From the IMG/VR virus record IMGVR_UViG_3300024500_000038, positions 1 to 56,064 of that record: a DNA stretch of 56,064 bases. One strand, 5' to 3'. The notes beneath the pieces were generated by a model. It saw only the letters and a program-made list of their open reading frames with translations, did no database searches and had not been told where the DNA came from. Positions 38,762 to 47,425 of this stretch are shown here, in pieces. The position numbers and the translations under genes are program-made. Position 1 is the first letter of the stretch; the number at the start of each line of letters is the position of its first letter. This DNA is from a virus (Duplodnaviria > Caudoviricetes).

Positions 38762-38904
38762 CAGATGTAGTGATCCTTAGTGCGCTGGTATTCAACATGA
38801 ACTTCTTGGCGCTTACGAATTGTATTCAACTCACGCCAAGTAAGTCCAGTAAAAATAGCCGTAATTAACATCAATATACTTTGGATGATATCAAACAGCG
38901 TCAT
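38761..38904 (-). CDS. 47-aa membrane peptide between TerL and portal (not in ORF track)
   Basis: MTLFDIIQSILMLITAIFTGLTWRELNTIRKRQEVHVEYQRTKDHYI; ATGA/TGATG overlaps, GAGGA SD. Confidence 0.7.
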   Translation of the reverse strand: MTLFDIIQSILMLITAIFTGLTWRELNTIRKRQEVHVEYQRTKDHYI

Positions 38905-40622
38905 ATGTACTGGTCCTCGTTATTGTCTTGCATCCACACTGGCTTCCACGGAGTCTTTCCCTGAGTCTCCGGACATGTCACTGGGTATTCACGCCACATA
39001 ACACCGTAACGACATGAGTCTAGTGCGTGGTCAGATTTGGTACCACTGTCGAGGTCTTCTGGATCTTTCGGGTCCGCCATAGCAGCAGTTAATTCACGTA
39101 TCAAATTAGGGCATGCTCTACGTACAATTCTAAACCTGGGTTGATGCTGGCCATCCTTGACGCGCACGGATGCTAACCATTCCTTAAGTCGCCGCCAACC
39201 AGCTTTACGATCTTTAACCGCAGCAACAGCTGGAAGTCCACGTCGCCACCAAACCTCAACAGGATATTCACCGATACGTTGTTCGTGATTCTTCGGAGGG
39301 AATGTGTTTGCCCAGTCAAAAGCAATAGCCTCGAGTTTTGTCAGCCAAGGCCCATCGGGTTTGTCTTTATTGACAGGGGCTGCATACCCGCGTTCTTTCA
39401 GTAACTGAAGCGTATCTTCTGCTTGTTTAGAACTGACACGGCCGGCTTCGTATATCTCACCGATTACGTAAATGTCTTCATTCTCATCCGACGCGTACAA
39501 TAGCGTTGCTGCCGGCGCCCCAGTACCAAAGTCATGTGATGCCCAAACACGCCACCATGGTTGCACTTGAACATGATCGATTACATGCCACGGTTTCCCA
39601 GTCGTATCGTACTCTTGGAACTCAGGGAAGAACCGACCACCGACGCCGACTTCATGTTGACACTCACGTAGGAATGAGATGATGCCATAGTCGTCGATCT
39701 CTCTTTGGCACACTTCAATACTTTTGTGAGACCAAGTATTTGTGCCACCAGTAATCCGGTATCCGGTTCGACCATCCTCGCGCTCGAAAGGTTCGTAGGT
39801 AAGTCCTTTGATCGCAGGCACAATAGGTGACTGCACGCGATATTGAAGCATGTCTAGTTCACCAGACAACACCTGTGCCATAACACTATTGGCATGGATT
39901 TTGTTCTGCACAAATACGATTGCGCAGTCCGTACTTTTAGCTGGCAAGATAGTCTGAGTTATCGTAGCAATCTTCTTATCGACACGATTAACAGAGTCAT
40001 CAAGTTCATCAATGTCGTCAAGAATGATGAAATCAGGACGCAGGTGATCGAGCTTGACACCGCGAGCGCCAGTATCCAACCCAAACGCCAACACGTTAAA
40101 TCCGTTAGCGGTCCGAAGTTTCGAAGCGTTCCATCCCTTTGAAAAACCATATTTATTAAGCGCCCTTTCAATCCCACAACGCTCCATTGTGTGTCCAATA
40201 TCCGATACGTGACGGTCGGCAGCCTCCTGTGTAGAACAGACGTACAAGAGAAATCGTCTGGTGCCTTTTACTGCGATGCGAGCAGCAATATGCTCCATGG
40301 TGGTGGACTTACCACCACCACGAAACCAGCACTCGATCAATGCTGGCGGAGCGACCCCAGGCTCTATTGACTCAGCCCATTCCCACGCGCGCTTGTGATG
40401 CTCACCAAGTGACGACGACATAGCATGCGGTGCATATGTTCTCAACCATGTGTTGTAATCCAATTTAGATCCATCTATTGCGAATGCTCGCCCACTGTCG
40501 TAATCACCAGTCTTAATGACATCAGATATCTGCGCGTCTAACGCTTCCAGTAGTGCTACTGATAGCGGTTTATCACTGCGCGTAAATTGCTTAAACTCCT
40601 TAGGTACTTTCTGGTATGCCAT
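38901..40622 (-). CDS. terL: terminase large subunit
   Basis: Walker A FRGGGKST, Walker B IILDDID, nuclease HDFG and DHALDSCRY. Confidence 0.93.
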   Translation of the reverse strand: MAYQKVPKEFKQFTRSDKPLSVALLEALDAQISDVIKTGDYDSGRAFAIDGSKLDYNTWLRTYAPHAMSSSLGEHHKRAWEWAESIEPGVAPPALIECWFRGGGKSTTMEHIAARIAVKGTRRFLLYVCSTQEAADRHVSDIGHTMERCGIERALNKYGFSKGWNASKLRTANGFNVLAFGLDTGARGVKLDHLRPDFIILDDIDELDDSVNRVDKKIATITQTILPAKSTDCAIVFVQNKIHANSVMAQVLSGELDMLQYRVQSPIVPAIKGLTYEPFEREDGRTGYRITGGTNTWSHKSIEVCQREIDDYGIISFLRECQHEVGVGGRFFPEFQEYDTTGKPWHVIDHVQVQPWWRVWASHDFGTGAPAATLLYASDENEDIYVIGEIYEAGRVSSKQAEDTLQLLKERGYAAPVNKDKPDGPWLTKLEAIAFDWANTFPPKNHEQRIGEYPVEVWWRRGLPAVAAVKDRKAGWRRLKEWLASVRVKDGQHQPRFRIVRRACPNLIRELTAAMADPKDPEDLDSGTKSDHALDSCRYGVMWREYPVTCPETQGKTPWKPVWMQDNNEDQYI

Positions 40623-41391
40623 TTGTTTCTACTACTTCCGCTTCCTGTACATCGTCATCGCTAGATGTATACATTCGTATGAGCTTACCGACGCCACTAC
40701 GTATTGCAATGAGTGTCTCCTGATCTCGTATCGTCTGCTTCATAAGCTCTACGATCTGCATAACAAGCATAAGTGCTTGGTCTGCTTCAATTGTATACGC
40801 TCTCGTCTGCATCATTCGTTGCTCTGCTTCGACAAGTTCCGCCCGACGTTCAATTAGATCCAATACGTCTTTACTAGCATCGTACTCGTTCATGCGTTCG
40901 TTCAGAAGATCGCCTATCTGTTCGAATGCATCAATGAAGTCAGGAGAACCAAGCTTTGATTTAGCCAGATGATATGCAGACTCAATCTTTCTATATTGCT
41001 CTAATCCAACGCCTTCAGCTGCGGCCTCTGCCCTGACGTCAACTAGTGCAGTTACGTAAGCAGTATCATCACGTAAACTAAACAAGTCTGGGTCGTCACG
41101 ATAGTTATCAACTTTCGCTAGTAGTTCTGTGCCGACGCGCTTAAACCTACTGCGCTCTTTCTGAAATAAGTGTTGTAGGTACTGTGGTTTTTCTGATTTC
41201 TTAAGATGTGTTGATCCATGATGCGCGCAATACTCTTTACCTTTTAAGGCTGGGTTTTTGCATTGTCGGTTTACGTCACCATCACGAATGATAGCGCTGC
41301 AACACTTTGCGTAACCGCTACCAGATCTCCTGTATAAGCCGTCATCTTTCTCGATGAAAAATGGATCGTCAACACCTTTTGAGTCGAACAT
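40600..41391 (-). CDS. terminase small subunit-like protein with Zn finger
   Basis: C..C..CAHHG motif, helical body, directly upstream of TerL; ATG 41391. Confidence 0.65.
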   Translation of the reverse strand: MFDSKGVDDPFFIEKDDGLYRRSGSGYAKCCSAIIRDGDVNRQCKNPALKGKEYCAHHGSTHLKKSEKPQYLQHLFQKERSRFKRVGTELLAKVDNYRDDPDLFSLRDDTAYVTALVDVRAEAAAEGVGLEQYRKIESAYHLAKSKLGSPDFIDAFEQIGDLLNERMNEYDASKDVLDLIERRAELVEAEQRMMQTRAYTIEADQALMLVMQIVELMKQTIRDQETLIAIRSGVGKLIRMYTSSDDDVQEAEVVETNGIPEST

Positions 41392-41412
41392 ACTTGCAAG
41401 TATACTGGACCG
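41390..41412. promoter_or_regulatory. symmetric bidirectional -10 (AGTATACT) plus 14-bp palindrome ATACTTGCAAGTAT
   Basis: TATACT on each strand, 6 nt before ATG 41413 (+) and 7 nt before ATG 41391 (-). Confidence 0.65.
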
Positions 41413-41670
41413 ATGAGTAAAACAGCACCAGACCACTATCGGCAAACATCTATCGACACATGTACAGTTGCAGACGCGTGGGACCTTAGTCGATGGCTAA
41501 CGATGTCACTCAAGTACATTCAGCGAGCCGGCAAGAAAAGCCAAGAGTCTAAGATGGATGACATACGAAAAGCAGTGTGGTATCTCGTATACGACGTTAC
41601 AAAAGACCACACTGCTGCTGATGAAGTTTTAAAGGTTTTTCTTGAGCGCTCTAACAACTCTCTTAAATGA
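41413..41670 (+). CDS. DUF3310-family protein
   Basis: PDHY...KYIQRAGKK...DDIRKAVWYL. Confidence 0.85.
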   Translation: MSKTAPDHYRQTSIDTCTVADAWDLSRWLTMSLKYIQRAGKKSQESKMDDIRKAVWYLVYDVTKDHTAADEVLKVFLERSNNSLK

Positions 41671-42660
41671 GTTAGGTTTACCTGTTGATGCAGCAGCTTT
41701 ACCGTAAACAGCGTTGCGTGCTGCGTTAAGACCACCAGGCGTTTGCGCGAATCGATTAGGAATACGCTGAGTCAAAGTGTTACCTCTGCCTCTAGCTGCT
41801 GACATAGCCATCAAGTCACGTACGCTGTCAAGCTGACTATACGAAGGCGCCATTTGTGGCATACCCGTGTATCGGTCTGCACCTAACTGCATCCCACGTT
41901 CTTCATCGGTACGCTGAGATTTTAGTAACGGCATCGTAATCCTTGGTTGATCAAGTTCATCAGGATTACTTAATACACGCTTCCAATCTTGAAGTTTGCC
42001 AGCATTGAAGTTAGGCTTCTTTTCAATAAAAGCCTCATTCATAAAAGATTTGATATCCATAGATGGATCATTATAAATAGCTTGGTAAATCGTGTTTAAG
42101 GTATCCCTATCTACAACTCCATCACCAATACGCAGTTTTTTCATTGGCTGCATTATGTTGTGGAGTTTTTCAAATTCTGGGTCCCACTGTTGACCACGTT
42201 GTTGGTATTCCTTTTGCCATTTACTTAAAGGCTCAATGATACCGAACATCATTTGTTCATATTCACGACTGAAGCCAGCAGGGCGTGGATTAAGTATTTC
42301 ACCTGCGACTATCTGTGCTACTGGACCAATGCGACCAAGTTGGTTACCTGCCAATTTAGCGGTATCACCAACGACCTTACCTGCGTTTCGAACTGTCTGA
42401 ACAAGACCGCGTGATCGAGCCATCTTTGGCAAAATATCGGCGGCAGTCTTTGCATACTTACCGCCAGTTATTCCGCGCAGTAATGCCTTACCACCCTCAA
42501 TACCACCTTGCGTAAGTGCGGCACCAAGACCAGCACCAAACATACCCGGGTTCGTACCTTGAAGAAAACCTTTTACATCGTCGCGTGCATCTTCGTAGGC
42601 TCCCTGAGCAATTTGCCCAGGGATACCTAGAAGATCACTAAGTACGTTACCTTGAGGCAC
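41629..42660 (-). CDS. hypothetical protein (possibly virion-associated)
   Basis: 343 aa, Gly-rich N-terminus, in late operon. Confidence 0.65.
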   Translation of the reverse strand: MPQGNVLSDLLGIPGQIAQGAYEDARDDVKGFLQGTNPGMFGAGLGAALTQGGIEGGKALLRGITGGKYAKTAADILPKMARSRGLVQTVRNAGKVVGDTAKLAGNQLGRIGPVAQIVAGEILNPRPAGFSREYEQMMFGIIEPLSKWQKEYQQRGQQWDPEFEKLHNIMQPMKKLRIGDGVVDRDTLNTIYQAIYNDPSMDIKSFMNEAFIEKKPNFNAGKLQDWKRVLSNPDELDQPRITMPLLKSQRTDEERGMQLGADRYTGMPQMAPSYSQLDSVRDLMAMSAARGRGNTLTQRIPNRFAQTPGGLNAARNAVYGKAAASTGKPNSFKRVVRALKKNL

Positions 42661-43585
42661 TAGCCTTCTCCCTCATCTGCTGTAGCGTTGTGCCTTTAGC
42701 ATACTTGCCACGATAAGCTTCAAGGAGAGCGCCACGTTTGTTTGGATTCTCGGCATCAAATTCTTCGGTTACTCCACTTGTCTTGTAACCCTTCAGCGAT
42801 TCCTGGTTGCCGATTTCATTATCGAAACGCTTCATAAGTCGCATTCCAGTTTCATTGTCAACACCATCACGTTGAAGCATAGCAGCAAGATGTTTGCGAC
42901 CCGTAGCTACACCTTTTTGTACAGTAGCGTCGAAAGCCTCACCAAGATAAGACTTCGCATCACGTACTGCACGCTGATTACGTTTCATCGTGTCAGTCAA
43001 TGAAGACTGGCCACCACGATACCCTCCACCACCCTGTCCACCCACAGCGGACGATGGTGCAGATCCACCAGCAATAATGCCACCAGTATCAGCACCACGG
43101 AAACTTGGTGCGTTTACGCCTGGACGCTTGATGTCTTCGTATGGCGGACGGATGACCTTTTCCGGTGCATCTTTCTTACCCTTGACATATCCACCAAGGA
43201 AACCGAGTCCTCCACCTACAGCAAGAGCAGATGGAACACCAATGATTGCAGCACGGCGTAGTTTCTTGTTACCAACCTTAAGCTTGCCTGCAAGTTTAAG
43301 TACTTTAGCCGCACGACCTTTATTTGTTTCTGCAATTCGCATTGCTGAATCGCGAGCTAATTCGGCGGCTTTTCGTGCAGTACGTTCAGCACGACGGCCA
43401 GCACCTAAAGCAAGACCACGTCTACGTGTCACATCACGCGCTGCTCGAGCGGCATCACGTTCACCACCTATACGTACAGCATTGGCAAGTTGTGCTGCGG
43501 CACCACGTTCTGCGGTTCTACGTAATGCTCCTTGTCTCCGTGCAGCTGCTGTCCCTACTATACGGGCAATGCTTTCCAAATCCAT
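42647..43585 (-). CDS. Arg/Ala-rich protein with a TM-like segment; C-domain paralogous to 43588-44424
   Basis: YLGEAFDA...LLEAYRGKY. Confidence 0.7.
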   Translation of the reverse strand: MDLESIARIVGTAAARRQGALRRTAERGAAAQLANAVRIGGERDAARAARDVTRRRGLALGAGRRAERTARKAAELARDSAMRIAETNKGRAAKVLKLAGKLKVGNKKLRRAAIIGVPSALAVGGGLGFLGGYVKGKKDAPEKVIRPPYEDIKRPGVNAPSFRGADTGGIIAGGSAPSSAVGGQGGGGYRGGQSSLTDTMKRNQRAVRDAKSYLGEAFDATVQKGVATGRKHLAAMLQRDGVDNETGMRLMKRFDNEIGNQESLKGYKTSGVTEEFDAENPNKRGALLEAYRGKYAKGTTLQQMREKASASR

Positions 43586-43587
43586 GA

Positions 43588-44424
43588 TTATTTACCTCGG
43601 GCCAAATCTGTAATTTCAGCTGCGGTAGCACCTTTACGATATCCACCATACTTACCACGATAGGCATCAAGCAATTTCTTTGCTTCGCCGCCCTTTTCAT
43701 ACCCAGCAACAAGACCATCCTTCTTAGACGTAAGTGATTCGTCGTTAGCAAATTTCTCTTGGAAACGACCAAGAATTTCCTGTTGCTTCTTATCTGATAC
43801 GTTATCCTTCGCAAGCTGAGACTTAAGGTATTCTCGTCCTTTACCTACGCCGCGTCGTAGTGATGCATCAAAAGCTTCACCCATGTAGTCGCGATCGCCT
43901 CGAACAACTTTAGCACTTGTCTTCATGTCCTCTTTCATTGACGACAAAGCAGACCCATCGGTCTTTACTTTCTCTGCCGCCTTTGGAGGAGAACTTGCTT
44001 TGATTGAGTTTAACTTCTTGTAATCGCGAAGTGTCTGGCCCATCTGTGTCAGGCCGACAGCAAACTTAGTAGCCTTATCGTACTTTGGCGCACTAGATAC
44101 TTGTGCAGGCGCAGGTTTAGGTGCAGTTGATTTACGATTACCACCTGTGTTTCGTGGGTCGTTGCGGTTTGCATCCTGCGCTTCACGATTCTGGCGCGCA
44201 CGCAATCGTTGCGTCTCAGCGTCATCTTGCGCTGAAGCCGATACGCGTGTAGACCTACCACCTGTGCCACCAATATTACGCGGATCGTTTTCATTCTTTA
44301 TAATGTTGCGATTGCGTACTTCTCTAGCCTCAAGATTACGATAGTACTGACGACTACCTTCTTCAGAGACAGGTCTTAGGCGTAATGTCGTTATAGGTAC
44401 ACCAATCGGTGCGCGCCCAGGCAT
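43588..44424 (-). CDS. basic protein; C-domain paralogous to 42647-43585
   Basis: YMGEAFDA...LLDAYRGKY. Confidence 0.7.
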   Translation of the reverse strand: MPGRAPIGVPITTLRLRPVSEEGSRQYYRNLEAREVRNRNIIKNENDPRNIGGTGGRSTRVSASAQDDAETQRLRARQNREAQDANRNDPRNTGGNRKSTAPKPAPAQVSSAPKYDKATKFAVGLTQMGQTLRDYKKLNSIKASSPPKAAEKVKTDGSALSSMKEDMKTSAKVVRGDRDYMGEAFDASLRRGVGKGREYLKSQLAKDNVSDKKQQEILGRFQEKFANDESLTSKKDGLVAGYEKGGEAKKLLDAYRGKYGGYRKGATAAEITDLARGK

Positions 44425-44427
44425 AAC

Positions 44428-44517
44428 CTAGCACTTGCCCTTCTTGCATCCTGCACACTTACATCCAGCAGGATGTGGTTTCTTGATACCCATGATCTGT
44501 GACATAGTCTTCTTCAT
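44428..44517 (-). CDS. 29-aa Cys/Lys-rich peptide (not in ORF track)
   Basis: MKKTMSQIMGIKKPHPAGCKCAGCKKGKC; ATGA overlap with upstream gene, ends 3 nt before the next start. Confidence 0.65.
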   Translation of the reverse strand: MKKTMSQIMGIKKPHPAGCKCAGCKKGKC

Positions 44518-44753
44518 TTTCTTGCCCTTCCTTCGTGACCGCGACCAACAATGATTTTCCCATCCCTCTCATGTTCCTTACGCTCCATTTGCAGGAGTTC
44601 GGACATGGTAGGTTTCCGTTTAAGTTGATGCTCCTTTTGTTCCATAGACAACATCTCTGACTTAGTAGGATTCCTCTTAAGCCCATGTTCCCTACGTTCC
44701 AATCCTGGCAGGTCTTGTAAATACAGGTTCCTGTGAAACAAATGTTTGTTCAT
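44514..44753 (-). CDS. hypothetical protein with internal 20-aa repeat
   Basis: EHGLKRNPTKSEMLSMEQK / EHQLKRKPTMSELLQMERK. Confidence 0.7.
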   Translation of the reverse strand: MNKHLFHRNLYLQDLPGLERREHGLKRNPTKSEMLSMEQKEHQLKRKPTMSELLQMERKEHERDGKIIVGRGHEGRARK

Positions 44754-45001
44754 TAACAGTTCCAGGCCCTAAGCGATTTATTAATCCTGCTATTCGGATC
44801 GTTTGCAGTCTTAGACGAAGTCAACTTAGCCTTCATTCCAGACATGCGTGCGCAAAACGATTTGCGTCTTGCAGCATCTTTGGGTGTCTTCGGCTTCGGT
44901 GCTGGCGGTTTTAGATTGGCACCAGTTGTACGCTTGAAGTACGCGCGGCCAGCCGCATTTAGTCCACCTTTAGGGTTCTGCAATTTCTTAGTGACGCCCA
45001 T
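44753..45001 (-). CDS. small basic phage protein (DUF6321-like)
   Basis: NPKGGLNAAGRA...RRKSFCARMSG...DPNSRINKSLRAWNC. Confidence 0.8.
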   Translation of the reverse strand: MGVTKKLQNPKGGLNAAGRAYFKRTTGANLKPPAPKPKTPKDAARRKSFCARMSGMKAKLTSSKTANDPNSRINKSLRAWNC

Positions 45002-45064
45002 AGGTTGATTGTACGTCAAACACATGTTCTATAAACACGCGCAAGTAAGCAGGTATAATGTACT
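45002..45064. promoter_or_regulatory. divergent promoter region with two leaderless-type -10 elements
   Basis: TACAAT (-, 45008-45013) 6 nt before ATG 45001; TATAAT (+, 45054-45059) 5 nt before ATG 45065; tandem GCAAGTAA-GCAGGTAT. Confidence 0.65.
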
Positions 45065-45523
45065 ATGGATGAAACAATTAAGGTCACATTTTGGCCTATG
45101 GATAACATGCAACCAACGCTGCCAACTAAAGCGACTAATGGTGCTGCTGCGTACGATCTTTATGCATGTGTAGAAAAACCAGTGCCGATTCAACCAGGGA
45201 AACGTGTGTTGATCGAAACTGGTTGGAAGTTAAAGATGCCTGTGACGATGGCTGCTTATGTCATGCCACGTAGCGGATTAGCATGGAAAAACGGCGTAAC
45301 TGTGCTGAACGCACCAGGTTTAATTGATAGTGATTACCGTGGTTCCATCAAAGTGTTATTAATCAATCATGGCGACGAACCATTCTTCGTATTGCCAAAC
45401 ATGCGCATAGCGCAGCTGATGTTTGTTCCCTCTGCAAATACCGAATTGGTAGTGATCGAAACAGGATCTCTATTTGATGATACGCAACGTGGCGCCGGCG
45501 GGTTTGGGAGTACTGGTGTATGA
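45065..45523 (+). CDS. dut: trimeric dUTPase
   Basis: AAYDL, PRSGLA, GLIDSDYRG, RIAQL, RGAGGFGSTG motifs. Confidence 0.97.
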   Translation: MDETIKVTFWPMDNMQPTLPTKATNGAAAYDLYACVEKPVPIQPGKRVLIETGWKLKMPVTMAAYVMPRSGLAWKNGVTVLNAPGLIDSDYRGSIKVLLINHGDEPFFVLPNMRIAQLMFVPSANTELVVIETGSLFDDTQRGAGGFGSTGV

Positions 45524-46140
45524 GGCAGCGAGCGCGATTAATTTGGATTACTGAAAATGCAGAGAAGCACATTGCTTACTGCGCGCGCGTGAGTAACCCA
45601 AAGAACCAGGAAAACGACGAGTTTGGCAAATTGCTAAAGTATTGTAAAAAGCATGGTCACTGGTCAGTATTTGAGATGGCTAGTGCATGCTTTGAACTTA
45701 AAACCACAGTAGCAATTGCTCAGCAGTTAGTACGACACAAGAGTTTTTCTTTTCAAGTGTTCTCTCAACGTTACAGCCCTGTGTCAGAGAAACCTGATCC
45801 TATTCGATTACGCCTAAAACATCCGACCAACCGTCAATCATCCATTGATGTAAGTGATACTGGCATTCTGCATGAACTCGAGGCCCTAGCTGATGAGTCT
45901 GTAGCTCTTGCCTATGATACGTACGACAAGATGATTGCAGGCGGTGTGGCACCAGAAACAGCACGTAACGTATTGCCTATGTGTACACCTACTACACTGT
46001 ATATGGTTGGCACGTTGCGTAGCTGGATCCATTACCTCGAGACTCGCCTTGCTGAAGGGACACAGGGCGAACATCAAGAACTGGCTAAACTTATTCACGC
46101 AGTTCTACGGAATCGATGTCCCACGATATGGAGTGAATAA
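45520..46140 (+). CDS. thyX: FAD-dependent thymidylate synthase
   Basis: GHWSVFE, QLVRHKSFSFQVFSQRY, PETARNVLP. Confidence 0.96.
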   Translation: MRQRARLIWITENAEKHIAYCARVSNPKNQENDEFGKLLKYCKKHGHWSVFEMASACFELKTTVAIAQQLVRHKSFSFQVFSQRYSPVSEKPDPIRLRLKHPTNRQSSIDVSDTGILHELEALADESVALAYDTYDKMIAGGVAPETARNVLPMCTPTTLYMVGTLRSWIHYLETRLAEGTQGEHQELAKLIHAVLRNRCPTIWSE

Positions 46141-46141
46141 C

Positions 46142-46405
46142 ATGGAAGAGCAGGAAGTACCAGAAGTCAAAGACGTGGCGACTGCCAACAATGAGTTGCA
46201 GTATCCATTGTCGGAACGCGAACTCGAAGTCCTCGAGATGCTGCCACGTAACCGCACAGCTAAGATGATGGGCGTCGCTATGGGAATCAGTCACCGTACG
46301 GTGCAGTTCCATATGGACAACCTATATTGGAAGCTCGGTGTGTCTGGCCTCAACGCCAAGGATAGAGCCATAAAGAAAGGCCGATCGCTCGGCCTAATCA
46401 AATAA
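46142..46405 (+). CDS. LuxR-type HTH regulator
   Basis: LSERELEVL...MGISHRTVQFHMDNLYWKLGV; GGAG SD before ATG 46142. Confidence 0.9.
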   Translation: MEEQEVPEVKDVATANNELQYPLSERELEVLEMLPRNRTAKMMGVAMGISHRTVQFHMDNLYWKLGVSGLNAKDRAIKKGRSLGLIK

Positions 46406-46407
46406 GT

Positions 46408-46436
46408 AAAGGGGAGTTTCCACTCCCCTTTTTTTT
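46408..46436. terminator. intrinsic terminator between convergent operons
   Basis: AAAGGGGAGT-ttcc-ACTCCCCTTT followed by a T-run. Confidence 0.85.
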
Positions 46437-46734
46437 AGTCCGTGAGGTCTCTAAACCTTTGGACGATGATTGGTTGATACGGGCCTACAAAGGCTCCGGA
46501 TATGTTGAACTCGATGTATTCAGCAGCATCTTCGGCTGTGCATTCCTCGTCAATCATTGACTGCACCATTAAAGTGTAGTCATAAACAGCAACGGTCCGG
46601 CGCGTATTATCGCGCCAGACGTCTGCTATACCAATCAAGCAATCCTCGAATCCATCAATGTAAAGAGCTTCTTCATCAGCATACTCTTGTACTAGTTCGA
46701 TTACTGGATTAGGCGAATGGGTCTTCGATGTCAT
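46435..46734 (-). CDS. conserved phage hypothetical protein
   Basis: DGFEDCLIG...AVYDY...AAEYIEFNISGAFVG..QPI pattern. Confidence 0.75.
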   Translation of the reverse strand: MTSKTHSPNPVIELVQEYADEEALYIDGFEDCLIGIADVWRDNTRRTVAVYDYTLMVQSMIDEECTAEDAAEYIEFNISGAFVGPYQPIIVQRFRDLTD

Positions 46735-47092
46735 CAAAACCTCCAGGTTGGGGTCGATTCAACGGTTGCGCTGGCGCGTCACCAGCAGTCTTGTTGCTAT
46801 CCAGTGGGTACAACTGATCGCACACTACTTCAAACCCACGGCGCTTAGAACCATCCTCGGCTTGCCATTCGCGTGTGCGAATCTTGCCGATGACGCCAAT
46901 CTTACGACCTTTAGCAAGGTACTTAGACGCAAAGTCAGCAGTCGATTGAAATGCCGTAAGGTCGATGAAGTCGGATGGTTGATCCTTGCCACGATCAACA
47001 GCCAGGCGCATCTTAGCAATGCCCTTGCCGTCACTCATGGTCTTGTATTCGACGTCTGCGACCAAGCGGCCGGCTAGTACTACATTATTCAT
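46709..47092 (-). CDS. ssb: single-stranded DNA-binding protein
   Basis: MNNVVLAGRLVAD OB-fold start; acidic DDIEDPFA tail. Confidence 0.95.
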   Translation of the reverse strand: MNNVVLAGRLVADVEYKTMSDGKGIAKMRLAVDRGKDQPSDFIDLTAFQSTADFASKYLAKGRKIGVIGKIRTREWQAEDGSKRRGFEVVCDQLYPLDSNKTAGDAPAQPLNRPQPGGFDDIEDPFA

Positions 47093-47358
47093 TCTTCACC
47101 ATCCAAAACAGACTTACTGATTACAGCAGAAAATGAGCTAATAACGTCATCTGCCAATTCAAGCAGGACGCGATTTGGGATCTTATAACTAGTGGTCAAA
47201 CCAAGCAGCAGATTCCATGCCTTTACTGGACTGAGTTGTGTTGCGCATGTGATTCCGTCAGTGCCGACGTACTCTACATCGTATTCTGCCAGGCCATTGC
47301 GGTGGCTTAGGCGGATAGTGACGTCACTATCGCGCCCGGTCTTACAAATCGTGATCAT
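47089..47358 (-). CDS. hypothetical protein
   Basis: 89 aa, AAGGA SD, coupled to ssb. Confidence 0.7.
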   Translation of the reverse strand: MITICKTGRDSDVTIRLSHRNGLAEYDVEYVGTDGITCATQLSPVKAWNLLLGLTTSYKIPNRVLLELADDVISSFSAVISKSVLDGEE

Positions 47359-47425
47359 TTGGTATCCTTTAACAGTAAAGTGTAATCACCTTACGTCAAC
47401 ATGATACCACGCCCAGCAAGTATTA

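Noticed and set aside
45935-46141. N-terminal extension of the LuxR ORF, and similar track extensions at 48437, 41445, 6289, 5170
   Set aside because: They overlap neighbouring genes extensively; downstream SD-supported, coupled or leaderless starts are better.
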